Source: Gemmatimonadales bacterium (GTDB lineage Bacteria; Gemmatimonadota; Gemmatimonadetes; Gemmatimonadales; GWC2-71-9). Taken from it: a stretch of 64,000 nt of DNA. The notes below the pieces were generated by a model, which was not told the DNA's origin, ran no database searches, and saw only the letters and a program-made list of their open reading frames with translations. Below are positions 39,127-52,248 of the stretch, in pieces. Positions within the stretch are counted from its first letter, which is position 1, and every line of letters starts with the position of its first letter. The DNA is taken from the NCBI GenBank assembly GCA_041615815.1, contig JBFJCP010000021.1, forward strand, positions 1-64,000, read 5' to 3'. The position numbers and the translations under genes are program-made.

Positions 39127-39911
39127 TGGGGGCTTCGACGGGCCAGTACGAGATTGACGGCCGTCGCCGGCGCGCTGAGCGTTCCGGCCTCGGGGTCTTG
39201 CTCGATGACCGTCCCCGGGACGCCGCTGAAGGAGGTCCTGGCGTAATAGGTACCCACGTTGAGTCCCGACTGACCCAGCAGCATCCGCGCCTGCTCGAGA
39301 CTCATCCCTGTGAGATCCGGGACCACGATGGTGGGCGCGCCGAGGCTCACCACCAAGGTCACCGTAGCTGTGGGTAAGAGCGCAGTTCCCGCGGGCGGCC
39401 GGGTCACGATGACGACATCCTTGGGTAGCGGGGCCTGCGTCGTTTCCAAACCACCCACTTCGAGACCCGCCGATTCGAGCAGTGTGCGCGCCAGGCCGAC
39501 GTCGTACCCAGCCAAGTCCGGGACCGGCACCCGTCGAGGCCCACTGCTGACCTGCAACGCGACCGACGTGCGCTCGGGGACGGCGATTCCGGCTGGTGGA
39601 TCCTGCCAGACCACCGCGCCCCGCGGGGCGCTGGGGTGGTTGACGGATGTCACGTCGCCCGTGTTGAGCCCGGCGTCAGCCAGCGTCGTGCGCGCGATCT
39701 CGGCATCCATCCCGAACAGGTGTGGCACCACCTTCTCCGAGGCGAAGATCGGCGCCGGGAAGATCACGAATACCGCGACCAGATAACCAACGGCGAACGC
39801 GCCCACGACACTGGCCAGTGCAATGATCCACAGGCGACTCCCGAGGCCCCGGATGTACTCGACCAGCCCGGACCAATCGATGGGCGATGCGGTGTGACGA
39901 CGAATTCTCAT
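39123..39911 (-). CDS. Membrane protein with three PASTA domains (no kinase domain)
   Basis: TM followed by repeats VPHLFG.., VPDLAG.., VPDLTG.. with QDPxAG motifs. Confidence 0.88.
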   Translation of the reverse strand: MRIRRHTASPIDWSGLVEYIRGLGSRLWIIALASVVGAFAVGYLVAVFVIFPAPIFASEKVVPHLFGMDAEIARTTLADAGLNTGDVTSVNHPSAPRGAVVWQDPPAGIAVPERTSVALQVSSGPRRVPVPDLAGYDVGLARTLLESAGLEVGGLETTQAPLPKDVVIVTRPPAGTALLPTATVTLVVSLGAPTIVVPDLTGMSLEQARMLLGQSGLNVGTYYARTSFSGVPGTVIEQDPEAGTLSAPATAVNLVLARRSPQ

Positions 39912-41170
39912 GGCTGCATGCGGAGCCTGGCCCCGTATCCCCCGTCTGTTCCTGCTTCGGGTGGGAAGATATACAGATCGTCGCCCTCCCGCGTGAACTG
40001 CGGGCTCCCGGCGAGCAGCCGGTCTACCTGCTCGGCGTTTTCCTCGGGCTCCAGGGAGCATGTGAGATAGACGAGCAGACCGCCCGGCCGAACGGTTTTG
40101 GACGCCCCGCGGAGGAGGGCTGCCTGCGTTTGGATCAAACGCCGCAACCGGTGCGCGCTGAGCTGCCAGCGCGCGTCTGGATGACGAGCCATGGTGCCGG
40201 TGGCGCTGCAGGGTACGTCCAACAGGACCACGTCGAAGGTCGCCCACGGAAAGGGTGGATAGCGCGCGTCGGCAGCGGCCACGGGAATGCCGGCGGCTAC
40301 CCGTCTGAGGGTGTCGAGCAACTTGGGCAGCCGCTCGCGGCGGAGGTCCGAGGCGATGACGCGGCAGCGCGGCGCCAGCAAGGCCGCCTTCCCGCCGGGC
40401 GACGCGCAGGCATCCCACACGAGGGCGCCGTCCGGGATAGCGGCGAACCGAAGCAAACGTGCCTGGGCAGCGTCCTGCACCACGAAGGCACCCTCGTGGT
40501 ACCCCGGGAGCTCGCCCACCCGTGTGCCCGTCACGCTGAATCCCTGCCCGCCGGGGGCCGGCTGCGCCGTGACGCCGTGTTCCTCGAGTGCCCTTCGGAG
40601 CGCTTCCACGCTCCATCGTGCCGGTTGGATGGTCAATGGGGGAACGTGATTGTTGTGACGCAAGAGGGCCTCGGTGCGCTCCGACCCGTAACGCGCGACC
40701 CAGCGCTCAACCAACCACGCAGGATGGGAATGGCGGTCGGCCAGCGACGTGCTCGGCGGAGTCACCGTGCGCGCCTCGCCCTCGCGCGCGAGACGGCGCA
40801 GCACCGCGTTGACGAGTCCAGCGGGCCGCTGACCGAGTCGCTCTTTGGCGAGCGCCACCGCGGTTTGGACTGCGGCGTAGGGAGGAACCCGCGTAAGATG
40901 GGTGAGCTGGTAGGCGCCGATGCGGAGGACGTCTTTCAAATCGGCGGGAGCGCCACGCCAGTCTCCCGTAAACAACGGCTCGAGGCGGGAATCGAGCTCG
41001 ACACGGTGTCGGAGTACGCCGGCAGCGATCTCGTGGGCTAGGCGGCGGTCCGCGTCGTCGAGTCCCGTGACCGCGTTCTCACGGGCGCTGGCAAAGGTTT
41101 GACCCGCTCGCACGCCCCGGAGGACATCGGAGGCGGCGCGGCGGGGATCCGCTCCGCGGCCGGTGGTCAG
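39908..41170 (-). CDS. rsmB: 16S rRNA m5C967 methyltransferase (RsmB/Sun); start uncertain, possibly CTG
   Basis: NusB-like N-terminus (LRIGAYQL, GLVNAVLR), SHPAWLV, VQD, DACASPGGK, DVPCSATG, YLTCSLEPEEN. Confidence 0.9.
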   Translation of the reverse strand: MTTGRGADPRRAASDVLRGVRAGQTFASARENAVTGLDDADRRLAHEIAAGVLRHRVELDSRLEPLFTGDWRGAPADLKDVLRIGAYQLTHLTRVPPYAAVQTAVALAKERLGQRPAGLVNAVLRRLAREGEARTVTPPSTSLADRHSHPAWLVERWVARYGSERTEALLRHNNHVPPLTIQPARWSVEALRRALEEHGVTAQPAPGGQGFSVTGTRVGELPGYHEGAFVVQDAAQARLLRFAAIPDGALVWDACASPGGKAALLAPRCRVIASDLRRERLPKLLDTLRRVAAGIPVAAADARYPPFPWATFDVVLLDVPCSATGTMARHPDARWQLSAHRLRRLIQTQAALLRGASKTVRPGGLLVYLTCSLEPEENAEQVDRLLAGSPQFTREGDDLYIFPPEAGTDGGYGARLRMQP

Positions 41171-41970
41171 TCCAGCATTCCCTTCGTGGGACTGGATGGC
41201 ACGGCGATCTCGCGGCGGGGCATACGACCGGCGAGAAAGGCAAGTCGGCCGGATTCGACGGCTTGGCGCATGGCCGTCGCCATGGTCACGGGATCGGCGG
41301 CCGCGGCAATGGCGGTGTTCATGAGGATGCCGTCGACGCCCTGCTCCATGGTCACGCAGGCGTCGGATGCCGTTCCGACCCCGGCGTCCACGATGACCGG
41401 AACCGAGAGGCGGTGCTTGATCAACCTGATGGTGTACGGATTGATCAGGCCCATGCCGCTGCCAATCGGGGACGCGAGCGGCATCACCGCGGCGCACCCG
41501 GCGTCCTCCAGCCTAAGCGCCGTCACCAGATCGTCATTCGTGTAGGCCATGACCTGGAATCCCTCTTGGACGAGGGTGCGCGTGGCTTCCAGGAGTCCTT
41601 GCACGTCCGGGAGCAGCGTCGCTTCGTCGCCGATGACCTCCAATTTGATGAAGTCGTTGAACCCAGCCTCCCGGGCGAGGCGGGCATAGCGGACGGCATC
41701 GCCCGCGGTGTAACAGCCTGCCGTGTTGGCGAGCAGGAACCAGCGTGATGGATCCAGGTGGAAGAGCATACCCTCGTCTTTGGTACGATCCAGGTCGACG
41801 CGGCGGACGGCCACGGTGACCATCTCGGCCCCGGATGCCTCGATAGCCCGCACCATGGTCGTATTGTCGGCGTACTTGCCCGTTCCAACCATCAGTCGGG
41901 ACTGGAAGGTGTGTTGGCCGATGACGAGTGGTCGATCGGTAACCTTGGGTGTTGTTGCCGAACCTGTCAT
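41167..41970 (-). CDS. thiG: Thiazole synthase
   Basis: SRLMVGTGKY, NTAGC, IKLEVIGD, MPLASPIGSG, VDAGVG. Confidence 0.97.
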   Translation of the reverse strand: MTGSATTPKVTDRPLVIGQHTFQSRLMVGTGKYADNTTMVRAIEASGAEMVTVAVRRVDLDRTKDEGMLFHLDPSRWFLLANTAGCYTAGDAVRYARLAREAGFNDFIKLEVIGDEATLLPDVQGLLEATRTLVQEGFQVMAYTNDDLVTALRLEDAGCAAVMPLASPIGSGMGLINPYTIRLIKHRLSVPVIVDAGVGTASDACVTMEQGVDGILMNTAIAAAADPVTMATAMRQAVESGRLAFLAGRMPRREIAVPSSPTKGMLD

Positions 41971-41974
41971 CGCT

Positions 41975-42190
41975 TCAACCGCCCCCGACGAAATGCACGA
42001 GCTCCACGCGGTCGCCGTCGCGGAGCGCGGTGTCTGCGAGCTTGGGCCGTCGGACAATCGTGCGATTGAGCTCGACGACCACGCGTCGAGGATCCAGGTC
42101 CAGCTGCGCGAGGAGCTCCAGAAGCGAGGGCGAACCTGCAAGCTGTCGTTCGTCGCCGTTCACGACGACGGTGATCGTGTGTGTGCTCAT
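41975..42190 (-). CDS. thiS: Sulfur carrier protein ThiS
   Basis: VNG..., C-terminal ELVHFVGGG. Confidence 0.95.
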   Translation of the reverse strand: MSTHTITVVVNGDERQLAGSPSLLELLAQLDLDPRRVVVELNRTIVRRPKLADTALRDGDRVELVHFVGGG

Positions 42191-42798
42191 GCTGTGTGCT
42201 CTTTCAAAGATAGCAGCAAGGCCTGGGCGGCCGCACCGGGATCAGCGGCATGCCAGAGTGCCGTGACCACGGCGACACCCCACGCGCCGGCTGCCAGGCT
42301 GGGTGCCACCCGCTCCTCGCTCACCCCCCCGATGGCCAGGACCCGCGGGCGCTCGGCGGCGGTCAAGGCGGTGGGACCGAGTGGTGGAGTTTCGGGATGC
42401 GTTGGCGTTGGCCAAATGGGACCGAGGAAGACGTAGTCGGCACCGCCGTCCAGAGCCACTCGTGCCGCCCGGGGGCTGTGCGTGGACCGTCCCACGTAGA
42501 GCGTGGTACCGACGAGGCCTCGGATTGCCGCCGTGGGAAGGCCGGTTTCCGGGGCGTGGATACCGGCGGCGGCTGTTCCGAGCGCGACGTCGACGCGGTC
42601 GTTGATGACCACGAACGCGCCGGCAGCGACGAGACGAGTGGCGATTTCGGCGAGCCGACGGGCGTGGGTGGTGCGCCCCCGGACGTGCAAGGCCACCGGA
42701 CCGGCCCGGACGATCGTGCTCGCCCGTTCGAGGAAATCGGGTCGCGTGAGGATGTCATCGTTGGTGACCGCGTGTAAACGCGGCAGTGGGTGAATCAC
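42187..42798 (-). CDS. thiE: Thiamine phosphate synthase / TenI family
   Basis: INDRVDVAL, GRSTHS, GADYVFLGPIWPTPTH, AIGG. Confidence 0.85.
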   Translation of the reverse strand: MIHPLPRLHAVTNDDILTRPDFLERASTIVRAGPVALHVRGRTTHARRLAEIATRLVAAGAFVVINDRVDVALGTAAAGIHAPETGLPTAAIRGLVGTTLYVGRSTHSPRAARVALDGGADYVFLGPIWPTPTHPETPPLGPTALTAAERPRVLAIGGVSEERVAPSLAAGAWGVAVVTALWHAADPGAAAQALLLSLKEHTA

Positions 42799-43727
42799 CC
42801 GAAACGATCACCTTTCACCGCCCCGCGTCCGCGCAGCCACTCCGATGCGGCCATCCGGTGCTTGCCCTCTGGCTGTACGTCGAGAAACTGCAGGGCCCCG
42901 TCTCCCGTGGCGATGACGAAGGCAGGGTCCGTTTCGACGATCTCTCCCGGCTGTTCATCGCTCTCCCACTCGTCAGCGGGCCGTGGGCCAAAGAGCTTGA
43001 TTACCCTTCCGCGGATGGTCGACCACGCGCCGGGCTTCGGGTCGAGGGCTCGCGCCTGACGGCCAATGGCGCGGGTCGATTCCTCCCATCGGATGCGGGC
43101 GATCTCCCGGGTGATCTTGGGGGCGTAGGTCGCGTGTTCGTCGTCCTGCGTTTGCACGGCCAGCGCGCCGATCTCGAGGAGCGCGAGGGCTTCGACCAGG
43201 GCCAGCGCACCGAGTTCGGCGAGCCGAATGGTGAGCTCCCCGCCCGTTTCATCGGGGGCGATCGGGGTGGAGACCTGGTGCAACACGGGTCCGGTGTCCA
43301 TGCCAGCTTCCATCTGCATGATGCTGATCCCGGTTTCGTCCAGGCCCTGCAGGATCGCGTGTTGAATGGGCGCTGCACCGCGGAGGGCTGGGAGCAGCGA
43401 GGCGTGGACATTGATCATCCCCCGGGGGGGGAGCTTCAACAGCTGCGGCTTGAGGATATGGCCATACGCCACCACGACGCCCAAGGTGGGGTCGAACGGC
43501 CGCAGCTCCTCCAAGAACCCCGGATCGTTTGGCCGCTCGGGCTGCAATACGGGGATGCTCTCCTCGTCGGCGACGACTTTGATGGGGGGGGGAATGAGCT
43601 GCGTGCGGGATCGCCCTTGGGGTCGGTCCGGTTGGGTGACGACCGCGCCCACCTCGAACCCCTCGCCGACCAGGGCACGCAAGGATGGAACTGCGAAATC
43701 CGGGGTGCCGAAGAAGACGATGCGCAC
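42795..43727 (-). CDS. fmt: Methionyl-tRNA formyltransferase
   Basis: FFGTPDFA, TQPDRPQGR, NVHASLLP..RGAAPIQ, MDTGP. Confidence 0.97.
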   Translation of the reverse strand: MRIVFFGTPDFAVPSLRALVGEGFEVGAVVTQPDRPQGRSRTQLIPPPIKVVADEESIPVLQPERPNDPGFLEELRPFDPTLGVVVAYGHILKPQLLKLPPRGMINVHASLLPALRGAAPIQHAILQGLDETGISIMQMEAGMDTGPVLHQVSTPIAPDETGGELTIRLAELGALALVEALALLEIGALAVQTQDDEHATYAPKITREIARIRWEESTRAIGRQARALDPKPGAWSTIRGRVIKLFGPRPADEWESDEQPGEIVETDPAFVIATGDGALQFLDVQPEGKHRMAASEWLRGRGAVKGDRFG

Positions 43728-43730
43728 GGG

Positions 43731-44266
43731 TCAGCGTCGGGCGCTGGCGGGTGAGACCTCCTTCAGATAGCCTGTCTGTCCCTTCCGCATCTTCTGCCAT
43801 TTCTTGAGCAACATGCGTCGCTTGAGGGGGCTCAGATGGTCGAGGAACAGCACGCCGTCCAGGTGGTCGATCTCGTGCTGGATGGCTCGGCTCTTGAGGT
43901 CTGAAACCTCGATCCGGCGTCGCGAACCGTCCAGGTCGGTCGTCTCGACGATGATGTGCTCGGCGCGGTCCACGTCCGCGAAGATCTCGGGGATCGAGAG
44001 GCATCCCTCTTCTGCGCGGGTGGAGCCGTGACGCGCTACGATCACGGGATTGATCAACACGACCGGGTCGTCATCCCCGATATCGACCACCGCCACGCGG
44101 TGGCTCTCGCCCAGTTGGTTTGCGGCGAGTCCGATACCTTTGTCCGCACGCATGGTATCGAAGAGGTCCATCACCAACGTGCGAATACCCTCATCGATAT
44201 TGTCGACGTCTCGCGCTTGCTCGCGCAGCACGGGAGAGCCCAGAAGATGGATGGGTCGAAGGGCCA

Positions 44267-44267
<1 letters not shown>
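43731..44267 (-). CDS. def: Peptide deformylase
   Basis: GIGLAANQ, EGCLSIP, QHEIDHLDG. Confidence 0.97.
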
Positions 44268-46761
<2,494 letters not shown>

Positions 46762-46769
<8 letters not shown>

Positions 46770-47811
46770 TCGGTGCGTCGTCGAAGATCGTGGGTTGATC
46801 CGTGCCGGAGCCCCTCGGGGCCGTGTACCCGAAATGCCGGTACGCCGCGGGACTCGCTAACCGCCCCCGTGACGTGCGCTGGAGAAAGCCTTGCTGGATC
46901 AAGAAGGGCTCGTACACCTCTTCGATCGTCTCCGCATCCTCGCCCACGGCCACGGCCATCGTCGCGATCCCCACGGGGCCCCCGTTGAACTTCTCGATGA
47001 TGACCTTGAGGATCCGGGCATCCATGTCGTCGAGGCCGTACTCGTCCACGTTGAGGCGGAGCAAAGCTGCCTGGGCCACGTCACGGGTGATGGTGCCGTC
47101 GGCACGCACCTGTGCGTAATCGCGGACACGACGCAGGAGTCGGTTGGCGACCCGCGGGGTTCCTCGGCTGCGCCGCGCGATTTCCACCGCGCCGTCTGGC
47201 TCGATGGCCACGTTCAGAATCCCTGCCGAGCGGAGGACGATGTGTTGCAGGTCGTCCGTCGGGTAGTAGCCCAGCCGCTCCACCAGGCCGAACCGCGCCC
47301 GCATGGGCGGTGTGAGCAATCCGTATCGCGTGGAAGCGCCGACGAGCGTGAACGGCTCGATGCCCATGGGGATGGTCTGGGCATTGGGTCCTTCGGCGAT
47401 ACGCACGTCCACCCGGTAGTCCTCCATAGCCGGATACAGGAACTCCTCCAGTACCGGCCGAAGGCGATGCACCTCGTCAATGAAGAGCACATCCCGCTGT
47501 TGGAGCGACGTGAGGATGCCAACCAGATCGCCGGGGCGCTCCAGGACCGGGCCACTCGTGGTGCGGATATTCACCCCCATCTCCCGCGCTAGCAGCATCG
47601 CCAGAGTCGTCTTCCCGAGTCCGGGCGGGCCGAAGAACAGGATGTGATCCAACTGCTCGCCGCGAGCTTTCGCGGCGTCGATGGCGATCTGGAGGCTCTC
47701 TTTCACACGGGCTTGCCCGACGAACTCATCGAGCCGGGACGGCCGGAGCGAAACCTCCGTTGCCGTTTCCTCGGGGAGGGCGTCCGGCGTGGTGATCTCG
47801 GTGCGGCTCAC
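46762..47811 (-). CDS. ruvB: Holliday junction branch migration helicase RuvB
   Basis: [49 protein letters not shown]. Confidence 0.98.
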
Positions 47812-47972
47812 GTCTTTGCCGATGCCTGCCACCGGACGGGGCGCACGTCCTGCATCAGACGATGCCGCTCACGACAGGTGACGCAGCGGTCCTCGGCTTC
47901 CGTGGCCGTGTCGGGGACGAGCTTGCGGTTGGTCGCCCCACAGTTCGTACAATTCCACTCGGCAGTCTTCAT
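47808..47972 (-). CDS. 54-aa zinc-ribbon protein between ruvA and ruvB (not in the ORF track)
   Basis: [58 protein letters not shown] overlap with the ruvA stop and GTGA overlap with the ruvB start. Confidence 0.8.
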   Translation of the reverse strand: MKTAEWNCTNCGATNRKLVPDTATEAEDRCVTCRERHRLMQDVRPVRWQASAKT

Positions 47973-48559
47973 CGGGGTTTCGTTAACAGTTGTAGCGCTT
48001 CCCGGATCAGGTCAACCGGCTCGCGCGAGCCATCGCTCGACACGGCGGCCCGCACCGCCCGATCCGCCTCGGCAGCATTGTAGCCGAGATTGACCAACGC
48101 CTGAACGGCTTGCTCCGCGGGGACAACCGGGGCCTGCGCATCCGCGCCCGCCAGATCGCGGATCTTATCCTTTAACTCTAGAACGATACGCTGCGCGGTC
48201 TTCTTGCCCACGCCCGGCACCGTGCAGAGCACCGCCAGGTCTCCCTCCTTGATGGAGCGTGTGAGGCGTGGTCCTCCCAAGGTGGAGAGGAGCGCCAATG
48301 CCAACCGGGGGCCAACGCCGCTGGCGCCGAGCAATCGCTGGAAGACCGTTCGCTCCCGACCGTCGTCGAAGCCGTAGAGGGCCCACCCGTCTTCCCGGAC
48401 CACCGGCACGGTTTGCAGCACGATTCGGCCGCCTTCCGGGGGCAGCCGCTCCAGCACTCCCAGGGGCACGGCGAGCTCGTACGTCACACCGCCGTCCGTA
48501 GCGACGAGCACCCGGTCCGCAGCCTTGGCCCGGAGTGTTCCTTCGACGGCCGCGATCAC
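47969..48559 (-). CDS. ruvA: Holliday junction branch migration protein RuvA
   Basis: MIAAVEG, VRED..LYGF, SGVGPRLAL, VPGVGKKTAQRIVLELK, ALVNLGY. Confidence 0.97.
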   Translation of the reverse strand: MIAAVEGTLRAKAADRVLVATDGGVTYELAVPLGVLERLPPEGGRIVLQTVPVVREDGWALYGFDDGRERTVFQRLLGASGVGPRLALALLSTLGGPRLTRSIKEGDLAVLCTVPGVGKKTAQRIVLELKDKIRDLAGADAQAPVVPAEQAVQALVNLGYNAAEADRAVRAAVSSDGSREPVDLIREALQLLTKPR

Positions 48560-49059
48560 CGGCCGGGCGGGTTGGCCAGGAGATACGCCAGGGCCAGCGC
48601 CACGCCATCTGCAGCGTCACTGGGGGAGGGGGCTTCGCGGAGATGCAGCATCTGCTTCACCATATACCCTACTTGAGGTTTCGTCGCGCTGCCCACCCCC
48701 GTCACGCTCTTTTTCACGCGGGCTGGCGGGAATTCCGCCACCTCGAGGCCCGCCTGCGTCGCCGCAAGGAGGATGACCCCTCTGGCATGGCCTAGGGTCA
48801 GCGCGGTGCGGACGTTTTTTCCATAGAACACGCTCTCGAGAGCAAGTGCCGCCGGCTCGTGTCGCGTAATGAGCTCGCGCACGCCGTCGTAGAGCGTGAC
48901 CAGCCGCTGCCAGGTCGTTTCGTTGGGATTGGTCCGGATGATCCCGCACTCCACGAGACGGCCGGTGCCGCCGTTCACACGCGCCACGATGCCATAGCCG
49001 GTGACGGCGGTACCAGGATCGACGCCCAGGACGCGGAGCTCAGCCGCTGACGGCTGCAA
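48556..49059 (-). CDS. ruvC: Crossover junction endodeoxyribonuclease RuvC
   Basis: [34 protein letters not shown]. Confidence 0.97.
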   Translation of the reverse strand: MQPSAAELRVLGVDPGTAVTGYGIVARVNGGTGRLVECGIIRTNPNETTWQRLVTLYDGVRELITRHEPAALALESVFYGKNVRTALTLGHARGVILLAATQAGLEVAEFPPARVKKSVTGVGSATKPQVGYMVKQMLHLREAPSPSDAADGVALALAYLLANPPGR

Positions 49060-49789
49060 GCGTTGCCGCGTCGATGTCGAAATTGCTGAAGACCTTGGAG
49101 ACGTCGTCGTGCTCCTCGAGCGCTTCGGCCAGTTTCAGAATCTGCTCGGCCTCTTTCCCCTCCACCCGAACGGTGTTGGTGGGTACCATGGCGATCTCGG
49201 CTTCGATCGCCTCGATCCCATGGGTCTGGAGCGCGTCCTTGACGCTGTGCAACTGTGCGGGATCCGTCGTCACGATGTGCTGGTCACCCTCGCAGACGAG
49301 ATCCTCGGCGCCGGCCTCCGCCGCCGCCTCCATGGCCACGTCCTCCGGGTACCGCTCGGCGTCCAAGTAGATCTGTCCTTTCTTCTCGAACATCCAGGCC
49401 ACTGAGTTCGGCGCCCCCAGATTGCCGCCCTGCTTCGAGAACAGATGACGAATCTCGGCCACGGTGCGATTGAGATTGTCGCTGGTGACCTCGATCAAGA
49501 TCGCTGCCCCACCTGGTCCGTATCCCTCATACGTGGCTTCCTCGTAGTTTACGCCTTCGAGCTCGCCGGTGCCCTTCTTGATGGCGCGCTCGATGTTGTC
49601 CGCTGGCATGTTGGCCGCCTTTGCCGCATCCACCGCGGTCCGGAGACGGGCGTTGCCTGCAGGATCGCCACCACCCTGGCGTGCGGCGACCGTGATTTCC
49701 TTGATGAGCTTGGTGAACTTGGCGCCGCGTTTTGCGTCTGCCGCGGCCTTCTTGTGCTTGATCTGCTTCCACTTACTGTGGCCCGCCAT
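49040..49789 (-). CDS. yebC: YebC/PmpR-family protein
   Basis: [32 protein letters not shown]. Confidence 0.97.
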   Translation of the reverse strand: MAGHSKWKQIKHKKAAADAKRGAKFTKLIKEITVAARQGGGDPAGNARLRTAVDAAKAANMPADNIERAIKKGTGELEGVNYEEATYEGYGPGGAAILIEVTSDNLNRTVAEIRHLFSKQGGNLGAPNSVAWMFEKKGQIYLDAERYPEDVAMEAAAEAGAEDLVCEGDQHIVTTDPAQLHSVKDALQTHGIEAIEAEIAMVPTNTVRVEGKEAEQILKLAEALEEHDDVSKVFSNFDIDAATLAAVSG

Positions 49790-49932
49790 ACGTCCTCCCA
49801 CACCAGCGCGCGTCTCAGCCGAAACATCGGAATATAGGAGGGAGCGAGGATGGCGAGCAACGAAGAACGGCAACTCGGTGGCGCAAGAATTGGGTTGCCT
49901 GGGAACATGGGGTCGATCAATTTGACGCCGCC

Positions 49933-50856
49933 ATGATGGCCCTCGCTGGAAAGACCCTCGTCGCGTACTTGACCGTCTGTGTGGTTTGGGGTTCCACGTA
50001 CCTGGCCATCCGCATCGGCGTTCGCCATCTGCCTCCGGCGCTCTTTGGTGGTATCCGGTTCGTGGTGGCGGGGGCCATCCTGTTAGGGATCGCACTCGCC
50101 CTTGGCCGCCGGCTCCCGCGACGGTGGGACGACTGGATCACGAGTGCGGTCGTTGGGCTTCTCCTTCTCACGGTTGCCAACGGGCTGGTCATCTGGGCCG
50201 AGCGGTTCGTGGAATCGGGGACGGCAGCCATCTTCATTGTCACGGTCGCCCTGTGGATGGCGGTGTTCGATGCGATCATTCCGGGGAGCCCGGCACGACC
50301 CACCTGGCGCCAGTTCGCGGCTCTCCTGGTCGGATTCGCAGGCACGCTTTTGCTGGTGGGTGATGATCTCGAGACGCTCAGGCGTGCGGATTGGCGGGGT
50401 CCACTCGCTCTGATCCTCGCCGCGGCGTCCTGGGGTTTGGGGTCGGTGTACGCCCAGCGCCGCGAGGTCGAAACGGGGCCCTACGTCAATGCGGCGCTCC
50501 AGATGCTGTTCGGTGGCACCGCACTGCTGGCGATCGCCGCGGCCACCAAAGAGACCTCGGCTGCGTATTTCTCGACGCCGGGAGTGCTGGCGGTGGCATA
50601 CCTCATCGTGTTCGGCTCCATCATTGGTTACACGAGTTTCGTGTATCTCCTCCGCCACGCGTCACCAACGGTGGCCGGGACCTATGCCTACGTGAATCCA
50701 GTCGTGGCCGTGCTCCTCGGATGGGCGATACTCGACGAGCAGGTGACGCTTCGGACGATTGCAGCGATGGCCGTGGTTCTGGGCTCGGTGATCTGGGTAC
50801 AGCGTGGAGCGCCACGCGGCCTGCAGCGAGAGGTGGCGCACCGCGATCTTGCGTAG
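49933..50856 (+). CDS. EamA/DMT-family transporter (YedA-like)
   Basis: [31 protein letters not shown]; ~10 TMs. Confidence 0.92.
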   Translation: MMALAGKTLVAYLTVCVVWGSTYLAIRIGVRHLPPALFGGIRFVVAGAILLGIALALGRRLPRRWDDWITSAVVGLLLLTVANGLVIWAERFVESGTAAIFIVTVALWMAVFDAIIPGSPARPTWRQFAALLVGFAGTLLLVGDDLETLRRADWRGPLALILAAASWGLGSVYAQRREVETGPYVNAALQMLFGGTALLAIAAATKETSAAYFSTPGVLAVAYLIVFGSIIGYTSFVYLLRHASPTVAGTYAYVNPVVAVLLGWAILDEQVTLRTIAAMAVVLGSVIWVQRGAPRGLQREVAHRDLA

Positions 50857-50881
50857 CGGGGAGCCGCAGGAGCCGCGGCCG

Positions 50882-51724
50882 TCAGTCTGGATCCAAGAGG
50901 TCCTCGAACCGCATGCACTCGGGCTGGAAATAGAGATCCACGAAACCGGTTGGGCCGTTGCGGTTCTTGGCGATGATGAGTTCGGTGCCGCCCTCGACCC
51001 CGGCCCCAGGGCGGTACATCTCTTCTCGATAGAGAGTGAGCACGACGTCGGCGTGCTGCTTCACCGCACCCAGCACGCCGAAGTCGTCGATGGTGGGACG
51101 CGGGTCGGACCGGCTGCCATCGAATCGGGGTAGTTGGGCGACGGCGAGACACACCACGTGCCGGTCGAGCGCCAGTGCCTTGAGTGCGCGGATGGCGGCT
51201 GCCGAATCCTCGTCTTGGGTGAGGCGGGGGGTGGGGGCCGGCAGGAGTTGGAGATAGTCGACGATCACGACCGCGACTTCGGCATGGGCTTGCGCCAGAG
51301 CCGAATCGAAGTCCCGTGCCACCAATGGGTGGATCTGAAGTGGGAGGTCACGCAGTCTCACGACGGCCGCGCCCAATGCCGCGCGCGCTGCTTCACCAAG
51401 AGCCGCTGCGCGGATATCGTCGATGCGGGTGCGGGCCTGCACAGCGAGCGCTCGCTCCAGAAGCCGATCCTCATCCATTTCGCCCGAGAGAAACGCCACA
51501 CGGTGACCGGTGTCGGCCATCCGGAGGGCGATGCTCAACGCGAGTGCCGACTTGCCGGCCCCCACGTCACCGCCGAGGACGACGAGGTCCCGACGCCGGA
51601 GGCCGCCCCCCAGTGCTCGGTCGAGTGAGGGATAGCCCGAGGGGACGGTGTCGGGGTCGGGCTCGCCGGGCTGGCGTCGGTCCAGGTCGGCGACCAGATC
51701 CGTGAGCGAGTTCCGATTTGTCAT
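50882..51724 (-). CDS. DnaB-like helicase C-terminal (RecA-fold) domain protein lacking the N-terminal domain
   Basis: SGYPSLDRALGGG, Walker A GDVGAGKS, SGEM, IVDYLQLL, AQL, AKNRNGPTG. Confidence 0.85.
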   Translation of the reverse strand: MTNRNSLTDLVADLDRRQPGEPDPDTVPSGYPSLDRALGGGLRRRDLVVLGGDVGAGKSALALSIALRMADTGHRVAFLSGEMDEDRLLERALAVQARTRIDDIRAAALGEAARAALGAAVVRLRDLPLQIHPLVARDFDSALAQAHAEVAVVIVDYLQLLPAPTPRLTQDEDSAAAIRALKALALDRHVVCLAVAQLPRFDGSRSDPRPTIDDFGVLGAVKQHADVVLTLYREEMYRPGAGVEGGTELIIAKNRNGPTGFVDLYFQPECMRFEDLLDPD

Positions 51725-52113
51725 GGCGCGCGCGCGGCCCGCTGCGCTTCGCGGGCGGCCCGCCCGATTGCCTGGCCCATCGCGGGGCTCACCACCTGCG
51801 AGGCTGGCGCCACGAGCTGCGTCAGGACCTCACATGGTGTGTCCGCCGTGGGCGCGCGAAGAGTTCGGAGACCGCTGGTAACGGCGCGGCGGAGCGAACC
51901 GGGGAGCGACAGGCTGCTGAGGCGCCGCTCCATCTTCTCGAGCCGCTGAAGGTGGAGTCGATCCTCGAGCGCATCCGGCGGTGTCAGATGGCGACACGAG
52001 CGCACCAGCAGCCACAGTGCAAAGACCCCGTTCTGGGCGGGCCCCCGCGCCGATGCCTCGAGGGCATCGATGAGTCGATCTTCCACCGTCTCCAGCGCGT
52101 CGCTGACCGCCAT
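51721..52113 (-). CDS. Hypothetical protein coupled to the DnaB-like gene
   Basis: ~130-aa helical ORF with ATGA overlap onto the DnaB-like start. Confidence 0.6.
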   Translation of the reverse strand: MAVSDALETVEDRLIDALEASARGPAQNGVFALWLLVRSCRHLTPPDALEDRLHLQRLEKMERRLSSLSLPGSLRRAVTSGLRTLRAPTADTPCEVLTQLVAPASQVVSPAMGQAIGRAAREAQRAARAP

Positions 52114-52248
52114 GTTCGGGCACTCCCAAGCACGAAAAACAACGAAGATCGGATGGCTGTCCATGATGGACAGCCACTCACGTCGGATCGAAGATGCGAA
52201 GCGTTTGTCGGACTCGCCAGAGGACGGAGGACTTCGCTACTTTCCATC

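Noticed and set aside
43419..43592. Poly-G tracts in fmt (also 55311-55318 in the ABC gene) as phase-variation sites
   Set aside because: The frames are intact, the runs encode ordinary Pro-Pro or Gly-Gly codons, and the genes are conserved housekeeping or transport genes.
50882..51724. Calling this gene the replicative helicase dnaB
   Set aside because: It lacks the N-terminal domain and has a divergent RESG motif, so no gene symbol was assigned.
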